From Gemmatimonas sp. (GTDB taxonomy: Bacteria > Gemmatimonadota > Gemmatimonadetes > Gemmatimonadales > Gemmatimonadaceae): a stretch of DNA of 64,000 bases. The position numbers and the translations under genes are program-made. The stretch is from assembly GCA_965279375.1 (NCBI GenBank), contig OZ257156.1, positions 1,408,001-1,472,000 on the forward strand, in the 5' to 3' direction. The notes under the pieces were generated by a model. It was not told the DNA's origin, did not search any database, and saw only the letters and a program-made list of their open reading frames with translations. This document shows positions 29,510 to 38,208 of the stretch, piece by piece (the stretch's first letter is position 1; the number at the start of each line of letters is the position of its first letter).

Positions 29510-32500
29510 ATGCCAATGCGCCAACGACTCCTGCACCTTGCGGTGCTCGCCGCCGCTGCTGTCGCCCTTCGCCCTGAGGCAGCTCTCGCGCAGTCCGCCG
29601 CTGCCTCGCAAACCCAGGGGCGTGCGCGCATCGTCGGTACCGTGATCGACGTCGCGACCAAACAACCGCTGGCTGGTGTCAACATTTTTCTTGTGGGCAC
29701 CCCCATCACGTCGAGCACCGGGCCCGATGGTCGCTTCATCATCCCGAGCGCACCGGCGGGACTGTACAACATCGATGCCCGGCGGCTTGGCTACGGCCCG
29801 CAGCGCATCAATAACGTCCGCCTGATCGCTGACAGCCTGATCACGGTGAACGTGTCGCTGAGCGTGACGTCCACCCGTCTCGACGAAGTGACCGTCTCGG
29901 GCAGCATGGATGCGCAGTCGGTGGCCAAGTCCACGATCACGGTCGACAAGATCACCACCGAGAATATCCCGGTCATGCCGACGGGCTCGGCCGCCGGCCT
30001 CATCGCCGGCAAGGTGGCTGGCGTGGCGATCACGCGTCCGAGCGGGAAGCCGGGCAGTGGCGTCAACATCGTGCTCCGTACGCCCATTTCGGGCATTACG
30101 GAAGGCGGTGCACCACCGTCACCGCTGTTCGTGGTCGACGGTGTGTTCTTGAATCAGGCGCAATCGGTCACCACGCAGGATATCGAGTCGATGGACATCG
30201 AGTCGATCGAGGTGATCAAGGGCGCAGCGGCGGCATCGCTCTATGGATCGCGGGCAGCCGCTGGCGTCATTGCCATTACCACCAGGCGCGGTAAGGGCCT
30301 CGCACTCGGCAGCACGCAGTTTCAGGCTCGCAGCGAAACGGGCACCGACCAGTTCCAAACCAATCTGAAAAAGAATCAGCACCATGCATTCCGTCAGGAC
30401 GCCAACGGCAACTGGTTGAACGCACAAGATCAAATCGTCCCACGGTCGCAGCGCGCGCTCAAGCCGCTCGGCATCATGGACGCGCCGTTCACGTCCAAGA
30501 CCTACGATCACCCGGCGCTCTTTTTCAATCCGGGCAGCACGAACATTCAGAGCTTAGGGGTTCAGGGCAACGCGGCCTCCACCAACTACAACCTGGCCTA
30601 CACCCGCAACGGGTTCGGCGGCGTGCTGGAGAACAACGAGGGCTACCGACGGCAAACGCTGCGCGTGAACCTCGACTCGCGGTTGAACGAAAAGCTCAAC
30701 GTCGGCGTGTCGGTGAACCACACGCGCGGTCAGGATGACGCGTCAAGCCCGAGCTTCAACAATTTCTATCGCATCGATACCGACGTGAACCTGCGGGAGC
30801 CTGATCCGTTTCCCAAGATCGGCTTCCCTTACGTAATCGTCCCCGATTCGGTCACGCTGTATACGAATCCGCTGTATACGCAGTACATCGCCGACAATGT
30901 CATCCGGCGCGCGCGCACGTTGCTCAACGCAAACGCCAGCTACCGTCCTTTCAGCTGGCTGTCGGTCGCGGGTGACGCCAACTACGATCGCGGCGATTTC
31001 GCTCAGTCGGTCTACACGGCGCGCGGGACGCCGCTCGTGACCACCAGCGGCGGCCTCAGTCCCAGCATTGGCAGCCTGCAGGAGATCAATCAGGTCACCG
31101 ACGGCTATATCATGACCGGCACAGTCTCCGCCACGAAGTCGCTCGGTGACCTCACGGCGCGCCTGTCGCAGCGCGGTGAAACACGGCGTGAGTATTCGCC
31201 AAGCCTAACGACGACCGGCACCGACTTCGGCACCGAAGGGCTCAAGGCCATGTCGCAGGCGCGTGTCCGCACCACGGCCAACAGCATCACCGACTATCGC
31301 GTGCTTGGCGCGATCACCAACCTTGGACTCAGCTTCAAGGAACGCTACATCGGCGATTTCCTCTGGCGTCGTGAAGGCAACTCGCTGTTTGGCGCCGCCA
31401 ACCGCTGGAACACCTTCGGGCGCGCCTCGGCCGCCTGGATTCTGAGTGAAGAGAGCTGGTTCCCGATGCCGGCCTTCAACCAGTTCAAACTGCGCTACAG
31501 CTATGGCGTGACCGGCGTGAGCCCAAGCTTCAGCGATCAGTACGAAGCGATGACCAACGACGGGACCGGCGCCATTCGTCGGAGCAACCTCGGCAACGTC
31601 AACATCACGCCGACGTTCACCAAGGAACAGGAAATTGGTCTCGACCTCGCGTACAAGTCGCGTTTGTCGGCCACGGTCACGTATGTGCGCAACGACAGTA
31701 AGGACGTGTTCGTGAACGTGCCGGCGCCGGCCGTGTCCGGGTATCAGCTGGTGCGTACCAACCCGGCCTATATCGGCGGCAACGTGCTCGAGCTCACCCT
31801 GCAGGGCGCGCTGCTCACCAACGCCAAGGGTTTGCGCTGGGACGTGCTGGTGACGGGCGACAATCAGAAGCAGTTCACCCGCAGCTTTGGGCGCACCTGC
31901 TTCGACGACGGCCTGCAGTACAAGTGCGACGGCATCCCGCTCAGCGAGATGTGGGGCAACCAGAACATTCGAGACAAGTCGCAGTTGGCCGCCATTCACC
32001 GCAATTCGCAGGCGCTCTTTGACGTGAACGACGAGGGCTGGGTGGTGCCGGTGGGTGCGGGCAACACGTGGCGCGATGGTGTTGCCAAGGGCCTGTGGGG
32101 CAGCACGGTCACCATCGACGGCACCGCCTACGGCTGGGGGCTGCCGATTCAGCGCCGTGATTCCACGGGGCAGCTCTGGTACGACCGCATCGGCGACAGT
32201 CAGCCGCTGTTCCGCTTCGGTTTCCAGAACAATTTCCGCTACAACAACTTCCGCCTATTCGTGCAGACCACTGGGCAACTGGGCGGCGATGTGTACGCCA
32301 ACAGCAACCAGACCTACTACGCCTCGGGTGACCATCCCGATGTCGACCAGTTCGGTAAGCCTGACGAGCTCAAGAAGCCGGTGGCGTACTACAACGCCGT
32401 GTCGAACAACAACAACCTGTACCTCGCGCAGTTCGTGGAAAGCGGCACGCACCTGACCATTGCCGAAGTCATGTTCGGCTACAGGGCCGAAGCCAAGCAG

Positions 32501-32683
32501 TGGAAGTTCCTGAATAAGCTGGGCGTGTCGGCCGCGCAGATCGATCTGATCGGGCGCAACATGCGCACGTTCACGAACTACACGGGCCTGAATGTCATGG
32601 CCGGTTCGCCTACCGTGCGCTTCGACGATGCCACCTACCCGATGACTCGTACGCTTACGGGCGTCGTCACGCTCACCTTCTGA
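29510..32683 (+). CDS. SusC/RagA-family TonB-dependent outer-membrane receptor
   Basis: CarboxypepD_reg N-terminus, PLFVVDGV, IEVIKGAAAASLYGSRAAAGVIAITT plug motif, long barrel, terminal Phe. Confidence 0.95.
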   Translation: MPMRQRLLHLAVLAAAAVALRPEAALAQSAAASQTQGRARIVGTVIDVATKQPLAGVNIFLVGTPITSSTGPDGRFIIPSAPAGLYNIDARRLGYGPQRINNVRLIADSLITVNVSLSVTSTRLDEVTVSGSMDAQSVAKSTITVDKITTENIPVMPTGSAAGLIAGKVAGVAITRPSGKPGSGVNIVLRTPISGITEGGAPPSPLFVVDGVFLNQAQSVTTQDIESMDIESIEVIKGAAAASLYGSRAAAGVIAITTRRGKGLALGSTQFQARSETGTDQFQTNLKKNQHHAFRQDANGNWLNAQDQIVPRSQRALKPLGIMDAPFTSKTYDHPALFFNPGSTNIQSLGVQGNAASTNYNLAYTRNGFGGVLENNEGYRRQTLRVNLDSRLNEKLNVGVSVNHTRGQDDASSPSFNNFYRIDTDVNLREPDPFPKIGFPYVIVPDSVTLYTNPLYTQYIADNVIRRARTLLNANASYRPFSWLSVAGDANYDRGDFAQSVYTARGTPLVTTSGGLSPSIGSLQEINQVTDGYIMTGTVSATKSLGDLTARLSQRGETRREYSPSLTTTGTDFGTEGLKAMSQARVRTTANSITDYRVLGAITNLGLSFKERYIGDFLWRREGNSLFGAANRWNTFGRASAAWILSEESWFPMPAFNQFKLRYSYGVTGVSPSFSDQYEAMTNDGTGAIRRSNLGNVNITPTFTKEQEIGLDLAYKSRLSATVTYVRNDSKDVFVNVPAPAVSGYQLVRTNPAYIGGNVLELTLQGALLTNAKGLRWDVLVTGDNQKQFTRSFGRTCFDDGLQYKCDGIPLSEMWGNQNIRDKSQLAAIHRNSQALFDVNDEGWVVPVGAGNTWRDGVAKGLWGSTVTIDGTAYGWGLPIQRRDSTGQLWYDRIGDSQPLFRFGFQNNFRYNNFRLFVQTTGQLGGDVYANSNQTYYASGDHPDVDQFGKPDELKKPVAYYNAVSNNNNLYLAQFVESGTHLTIAEVMFGYRAEAKQWKFLNKLGVSAAQIDLIGRNMRTFTNYTGLNVMAGSPTVRFDDATYPMTRTLTGVVTLTF

Positions 32684-32697
32684 CCGAGGCCGCAATC

Positions 32698-34281
32698 ATG
32701 CATACCCCTGTGGCCCGCCCGTTCGCCTCCCGCCGCCGCGCCGCTGTCCTCATTGGTGCCGTTGCTGCTGCCACATCGTTGGCGGCCTGCGTCGATCTGA
32801 AAGTCACCGATCCAAACAACCTGAGTATTGCCACCGTGTTCAATAACGCGGCCAATACCGAAGCGGCGCTGATCGGCTCCTTCAAGGCCTACACGGCCGT
32901 GAATCGCGGCAGCTGCCCCACGCTGATTTACAGCTTGTGGGGGCATGACATCACCACCACCAGCGTCACGTATCTCGAGTTCGCTGTTGAGCCGCGGTTG
33001 CCCATCAACAACCGCGACAACGTGAACTGCGCCACCCGCGTGCCCTTCTGGACCCCGTACGAGGCGTCAGCTGGTGCTCGCGAAGCCTTTATCGGCATTC
33101 GTGACAACCAACTCAAGTTCGGCACCATCAATGCCGCCACCCCGGACGGGGCGGACACTCCGAACCGTAAGCTCTTTGCGAAGTTCCTCATTGCCATTTC
33201 GCAGCTCAAGCTGGCCCTCGCCACCGACCAAGCCTACATCACGGACACCATTACACCCGGCTTGAACGAGACCAACGTGACGCTGGTACCGTGGCAACAG
33301 GTGCTGGACAACGCGAAGGCGCAGATGCGCGTGGTCATCCGGGAAGCGCAGGCCGGACCGAACTTCACGTGGCCGGCGCTGTTCATCAACGGGCGGACGA
33401 TAACGCGCGACGAGCTGGTGCGGGTGATGTACTCGTTCCTGGTGCGAGCTGATGTCTACTCACCGCGTACCCCGGCGCAGCGGAACGCAGTGAACTGGGC
33501 GGCGGTGTTGGCGCGCCTCGACTCGGGTATCGTACGCGACTTCGGATGGCAGGCCGATCCGGCGGTGGCCAACACGGCGTCGACGTACATCAACAACTCG
33601 TTTGCACAGAACACAGTCCGTATCCACAATCGCCTGCTGGGTCCGGCCGACACGTCGGGCAACTATCAGGCGTGGGTCGCGGCGCCGGTTGCCAACCGCA
33701 CGGCGTTCATCATCACCACGCCCGACCGGCGCATTCATGGAGCGGCCAGCAACGCGGCCGCCGGCACGCGCTTCACGCGTGTCACGGCCACCATGGGCAG
33801 CGCCTCCAACGGCGCCTACCTCACCTCGTGGTATCGCTCCACACGCTACTTGAACACGGCGGCAGATTCCGGCAATCGCGCCTTCATTCAGATCATCTCT
33901 ATGGACGAGATGAAGTTCGTCCGCGCCGAGGCACTGTTCCGACTCGGTCGCCTCACGGAAGCGGCGGCGCTCATCAACCCGACGCGTGTTGCGGCAGGAT
34001 TGCGCCCGGTCGATGCGAATGGCCCGCCCGCCGGACGTGATTGCGTGCCGCGCAAGGACAACGGCGCCTGCGGAGACTTGTTCGACGCCATCCAGTATGA
34101 GAAGCGCATCGAACTCTACCCCACCGAGGGCGGTGACATCACGTGGTGGGATGCGCGCGGCTGGGGCAAGCTGCAGCCTGGCACTCCATTCCACGTCCCA
34201 GTGTCGGGACGCGAACTGATCTCCCTTGGCCTGCCGTACTACACCTTCGGCGGCGTGGGCTCACCGGGCACCGCTCCGTAA
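32698..34281 (+). CDS. SusD/RagB-like outer-membrane lipoprotein
   Basis: Lipobox SLAAC, EMKFVRAEAL, YEKRIELY...WWDARGWG. Directly follows susC. Confidence 0.85.
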   Translation: MHTPVARPFASRRRAAVLIGAVAAATSLAACVDLKVTDPNNLSIATVFNNAANTEAALIGSFKAYTAVNRGSCPTLIYSLWGHDITTTSVTYLEFAVEPRLPINNRDNVNCATRVPFWTPYEASAGAREAFIGIRDNQLKFGTINAATPDGADTPNRKLFAKFLIAISQLKLALATDQAYITDTITPGLNETNVTLVPWQQVLDNAKAQMRVVIREAQAGPNFTWPALFINGRTITRDELVRVMYSFLVRADVYSPRTPAQRNAVNWAAVLARLDSGIVRDFGWQADPAVANTASTYINNSFAQNTVRIHNRLLGPADTSGNYQAWVAAPVANRTAFIITTPDRRIHGAASNAAAGTRFTRVTATMGSASNGAYLTSWYRSTRYLNTAADSGNRAFIQIISMDEMKFVRAEALFRLGRLTEAAALINPTRVAAGLRPVDANGPPAGRDCVPRKDNGACGDLFDAIQYEKRIELYPTEGGDITWWDARGWGKLQPGTPFHVPVSGRELISLGLPYYTFGGVGSPGTAP

Positions 34282-34301
34282 GGGGGTTCGGCGTAACAAG
34301 C

Positions 34302-34338
34302 AAACGGGGGCCGTGCGATCGTCGCACGGCCCCCGTTT
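34302..34338. terminator. Bidirectional intrinsic terminator
   Basis: Perfect 17-bp stem AAACGGGGGCCGTGCGA-TCG-TCGCACGGCCCCCGTTT between convergent genes. Confidence 0.85.
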
Positions 34339-34367
34339 CGTATGGTCATAGCGCGCAGCCGAGCGAA

Positions 34368-34796
34368 CTATGGCTTCTCGCTGATGTTGGCGCAGCCCCA
34401 CACGTTCTGGTCGTTCGGCGCGACCTGCGGGTCGAACACGCGAACATAGTAGCGCTTGCCGGATTCGAGCTTTGGAATCGTCGCCGTGACCGAACCTCCG
34501 CCGTCCATCTGCGTCTGCGCCTGCGTGAACGCGGCCTGCGCGGCGATGGGTGTGCCCTGATCGTTGCAGCTGCCAGCGACGATGTCCCAAGCGATCCGCA
34601 TGTCGCGCTTGGTGTTGCGGAAGGAGACGCGCGCCCGCGATTGCTTGTCGTTGCGCGACTCGACGGTGAGGTCGGCCGATCCACCGTTGCTCAACTGGTT
34701 GATGGTGGCGTACCACTTCCCGGACTGCGCGGCAGGGGAGGATGCGGCGACGCCGAGCATGAGCGCGGCCACTACGGGTGGGAATGAGATCCACAT
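34368..34796 (-). CDS. Small secreted beta-sandwich protein (Cu/Zn-SOD/CHRD-like, uncertain)
   Basis: Signal peptide from ATG 34796. WDIVAGSC, YYVRV, WGCANI. Confidence 0.55.
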   Translation of the reverse strand: MWISFPPVVAALMLGVAASSPAAQSGKWYATINQLSNGGSADLTVESRNDKQSRARVSFRNTKRDMRIAWDIVAGSCNDQGTPIAAQAAFTQAQTQMDGGGSVTATIPKLESGKRYYVRVFDPQVAPNDQNVWGCANISEKP

Positions 34797-34955
34797 GCGG
34801 GAGCGGTCTCCAGTCATTCGGTGGGAATGGCAGTGCCAGCGACTTGGTAGAAAGTATATTCACCCAAGGCGGATCATGCTCGTGGGACCGCAACTTCCCC
34901 CGATATCCATCGCTCGTTGAGTTTCACTCGCACAAGCACAGGGAGCACTGCTCAC

Positions 34956-35369
34956 ATGGCGAAAAGCGAGCCGCAACCCGATGCGGCCGACAGTGGCGCG
35001 ACTGCCTCGCAGAATATCGACGCGCGCATCGCGGAACTCGGCGACTGGCGCGGCAAGACATTGGCGACTGTCCGCTCGATCATCACTCGCGCCGACCCGG
35101 GTGTGATCGAAGAGTGGAAATGGCGTGGCGTCCCGGTGTGGTCGCACAATGGCCAGCTGTGCACCGGTGAGACGTACAAGGAGGTGGTGAAGCTGACGTT
35201 CATCAAGGGCGCGTCGCTTCCCGATCCTGCGGGGCTGTTCAACGCGAGCCTCGAGGGGAATGCACGTCGGGCCATCGATATCCGCGAAGGCGAAGCGATC
35301 GATGCATCGGCGCTCACCGCCCTGATACGGGCGGCGATCGCGCTCAATGGCAGCAAGAAGAAGCGCTGA
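34956..35369 (+). CDS. DUF1801 (YdhG-like) protein
   Basis: IDARIAELGDWRGKTL, EEWKWRGVPVWSH, KLTFIKGASLPDPAGLFNASLEG. GGGAG RBS. Confidence 0.92.
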   Translation: MAKSEPQPDAADSGATASQNIDARIAELGDWRGKTLATVRSIITRADPGVIEEWKWRGVPVWSHNGQLCTGETYKEVVKLTFIKGASLPDPAGLFNASLEGNARRAIDIREGEAIDASALTALIRAAIALNGSKKKR

Positions 35370-35370
35370 C

Positions 35371-36156
35371 GTGCGAGCGCTCTGGTTGTGCATGCTGGCT
35401 CTGCAGGCGGCGGTGGCGACGGCGGCGGACGGTCAGGCAGCACCAGCATCCACGCTGCCGCCCTACCGACAGCGACTGCTCGGTGTGTACGCCGCCGAGT
35501 CAGGCGCGCCGATCGTTGGTGCGCAAGTGATCGATGTGTTGAGTGGTACCACCGCGGTCACGAGCACGACAGGTACAATCATCCTGTCGTTCCTTCCGGA
35601 CGGCGCGCGCATTCTCAAGATCCAGAAGCTGGGCTTCTCGCCGACCACGCTCGCCGTTGAGATCTCGCCGCGTGATACGGTCTCGATGACCGTCGTGCTG
35701 ACGTCGGCGTCGCAGACGCTCACAACGGTCACCACGATCGATAGCGGGCCGCGGCGGATTTCGCCGGGATTGCGTGACTTCAACGAGCGTCGGAGATCGG
35801 GTTTCGGCTCGTTCATCGCAGATGCCGAGCTGCGCAAGAGCGAGCACCGAACGATTGCCTCGATGGTGCGACGCTTCCCTGGGCTGCGCGTCTCATGTCC
35901 GCGCGCTGGTCCGCGCCTTGGCGAATGCTTCGGCACTACCACGCGTCGTCTCTCGCGCTACGCGGTGTTGGGTGGCTCCTGCGAAGTGGAGGTCCGCGTT
36001 GATGGCATCGTCTCCGCCGACAATGACATCGAGCGCCTCAAGTCGGCCGACTACGCCGGCATCGAGTACTACGCAGGCGAGGCGACCATTCCGGCGCAGT
36101 ACAACCGCACTGGCTCTGCGTGCGGAGTGTTGCTGTTGTGGAGTCGAGAGCGTTGA
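35371..36156 (+). CDS. Secreted carboxypeptidase-regulatory-like domain + TonB plug-like domain protein without beta-barrel
   Basis: Signal peptide, GAPIVGAQV, FNERRRSGFGSFI, CEVEVRVDG, GIEYY, CGVLLLWSR. Confidence 0.75.
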   Translation: MRALWLCMLALQAAVATAADGQAAPASTLPPYRQRLLGVYAAESGAPIVGAQVIDVLSGTTAVTSTTGTIILSFLPDGARILKIQKLGFSPTTLAVEISPRDTVSMTVVLTSASQTLTTVTTIDSGPRRISPGLRDFNERRRSGFGSFIADAELRKSEHRTIASMVRRFPGLRVSCPRAGPRLGECFGTTTRRLSRYAVLGGSCEVEVRVDGIVSADNDIERLKSADYAGIEYYAGEATIPAQYNRTGSACGVLLLWSRER

Positions 36157-36321
36157 AGGTCGCCAGCGATCGGCCGCGCTGACGTACGCCGCGTCGCCGC
36201 ACCTGTGCATCCAATCAGGCGTGCTCGGCGAATACATTGAGACACTGCGCTCCCGATCGAGATCGGTCGTTGCTTGAAGGCGCCGAGTAACGTATGAACG
36301 CATCAACATCTGCCGCGCCCC

Positions 36322-36816
36322 ATGTCCCGTTGGGTCCATCGTTTGTTCGCTCCGGTCGCGCTACCGCACTGGTCAGGCGATCTATTGCTTCTGCTTCCTC
36401 GTGTGGTGTGTGGCTACCTGCTGACCACACAGTTCGGTGCACCAAAGTTCGGGCTGCCGTGGTCACCACCGGACAACAATCTCCGCTTGTTCGAGGTCGC
36501 GTACTGGTTCCCCAATGACGTCGCGGCGTTTGGCGGAGTCTTTGCGATGTTCCCCGCGCTGCTCGCATGGAGCGCGGCCTTCGCCGAAGGTTTCGGTGGC
36601 GTGATGCTCATCCTCGGACTACTCACGCGGCCCTTTGCGTTCCTGACGATCTGCACGATGCTGGTGGCGATGTTCATGCAGCAGTATCAGGCCGGGTTGT
36701 GGAACATGCTCCCGTCGATGGGCTTTGCGTGGGTTGGGCTCTACCTGACAGTGCTGGGATCGGGGCGCTTTGGTGTGGATCAGTGGATCAGCACTCGATG
36801 GGGGACGCGTCAATGA
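36322..36816 (+). CDS. DoxX family membrane protein
   Basis: AFAEGFGGVMLILGLLTR, GSGRFGVD. Confidence 0.88.
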   Translation: MSRWVHRLFAPVALPHWSGDLLLLLPRVVCGYLLTTQFGAPKFGLPWSPPDNNLRLFEVAYWFPNDVAAFGGVFAMFPALLAWSAAFAEGFGGVMLILGLLTRPFAFLTICTMLVAMFMQQYQAGLWNMLPSMGFAWVGLYLTVLGSGRFGVDQWISTRWGTRQ

Positions 36817-37199
36817 ACGCATCGCGCAAGGTGGCTCTGATGCGGTGCGCCGCTGTGTCGGCCGCAGTGATGCTGACGGGATGCGTGCAGCCCGCCTACG
36901 ATCGCACGATCGTGTACGAACTCGATGTGTCGAACGTGCCGAACGTGAAGACCGTGGGGGTGCGCGGGCGCGACAAGCCGCTCTCGTGGCAAAGCGATGT
37001 TGTGCTCACGCAGCCAGTCGCAGGCGGCCCGTATGTCGCTGCGGTCACGTACCACACAGGCTATCTCGTGACCGAAGTGAAATTCACCGTCAACGGTGAG
37101 TTCGAGCTGGCCGAGCAGGACAACCGAACGGTGCGCGTGCCGCCCACGAGGACCGGCGGCGACACGACGGTCTATCGCGCAAAGTTCAACGTACCTTGA
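36813..37199 (+). CDS. Small lipoprotein (CBM20-like beta-sandwich, uncertain)
   Basis: Lipobox LTGC, VGVRG..PLSW, EVKFTVNGEFEL...NR. ATGA overlap with DoxX. Confidence 0.7.
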   Translation: MNASRKVALMRCAAVSAAVMLTGCVQPAYDRTIVYELDVSNVPNVKTVGVRGRDKPLSWQSDVVLTQPVAGGPYVAAVTYHTGYLVTEVKFTVNGEFELAEQDNRTVRVPPTRTGGDTTVYRAKFNVP

Positions 37200-37220
37200 C
37201 GGACTTCTCGCTCATTCGCA

Positions 37221-38114
37221 CTAGCTCGCGAAGCCATCGGGCATGCGAACATTTCCGCCGGAGATCGCCAGCCGCTCGATCTGCTCCCGGTAGTTGGGAT
37301 ACTGTGCGAGCAACTCCTGCGCAGATCCCGCCTCGAAGCAACCGCCGGTAAAGCCGGGCGCCATCGTGCAGCCGAAGAGTGCGTATCGTCCGCCCGGCAC
37401 GATGCTCCCCGCTTGCCACACGCCCGCCGGCACCAGCGTCTGCACCCGCTGGCCGGCTGTGACATCGGTTCCCATCAGCACCGTCTCCGTGTGTCCATCG
37501 GGATGCAGCAGGAACAGCGTGAACGGATCGCCAGCGTACGCATGCCACACTTCGTCATGCCTCAGCCGATGAAAGCATGACACGCTCTCCGGTGATTCGG
37601 CATACATGCCGATCATCGCGGTGCCGACCGGCGCGCCACGTTCATCTTCCGCTGCCGATCGCCACGTGCTCTGGTAGAGCGTGCCTTCCACCGGCAATCG
37701 CTCGAAGCGGAAATGCCGCAACATCGCCACGGTGTCTGCATGCACCGGCGCTCCACGAAAGCGCGCCAGATCGATGACATCGATGATCGCCGCCAGCTCG
37801 ATCGGACCGTAGCAGTGCGGGAACAACTCAGCGGCGCGCGATGCCAACGTCTCCGCGCTGAGTGTCGTCAGCGGCGCCGGCGCTTCGTACACCAGCGGTG
37901 ATTGCAGCAACGTGGGATCGATCTCCAGCAGTACGAGATCCGGCACGCCGACGAAGTACGTCCCAGCCGTCGGCAGCACCTGATGGGCACGCGAGAGATG
38001 CACGAACCCCTCGCTCTCAAGGCTGTCCGCGCGATAGACGCCCGCAGTGCGCGCCGTGTCGATCGCCTGTCGGCTGCAGATGTGGAAGACGGCGGTGTCT
38101 GGGGCGGCGTTCAT
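37221..38114 (-). CDS. DUF952 + Cupin_5 (DUF985) fusion protein
   Basis: N-terminal FHI...SLESEGFVHLS...LFPHCYGPI (DUF952). C-terminal EG..Y, FHRL..DEVWHAYAGDP, VPAGVWQA, GCTMAPGF (Cupin_5). Confidence 0.85.
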   Translation of the reverse strand: MNAAPDTAVFHICSRQAIDTARTAGVYRADSLESEGFVHLSRAHQVLPTAGTYFVGVPDLVLLEIDPTLLQSPLVYEAPAPLTTLSAETLASRAAELFPHCYGPIELAAIIDVIDLARFRGAPVHADTVAMLRHFRFERLPVEGTLYQSTWRSAAEDERGAPVGTAMIGMYAESPESVSCFHRLRHDEVWHAYAGDPFTLFLLHPDGHTETVLMGTDVTAGQRVQTLVPAGVWQAGSIVPGGRYALFGCTMAPGFTGGCFEAGSAQELLAQYPNYREQIERLAISGGNVRMPDGFAS

Positions 38115-38208
38115 GTGCACTGGAGTGGGAGAAGTCGCGACACGGATGCTGACGACGCTCAATGTACGGCGGTAGCGCATTGCGGACGAAGCCGTACATT
38201 CGCGACCC

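Noticed and set aside
36294..36322. Frameshift between ATG 36294 and the DoxX frame
   Set aside because: The DoxX ORF from 36322 already appears complete. No slippery site is evident.
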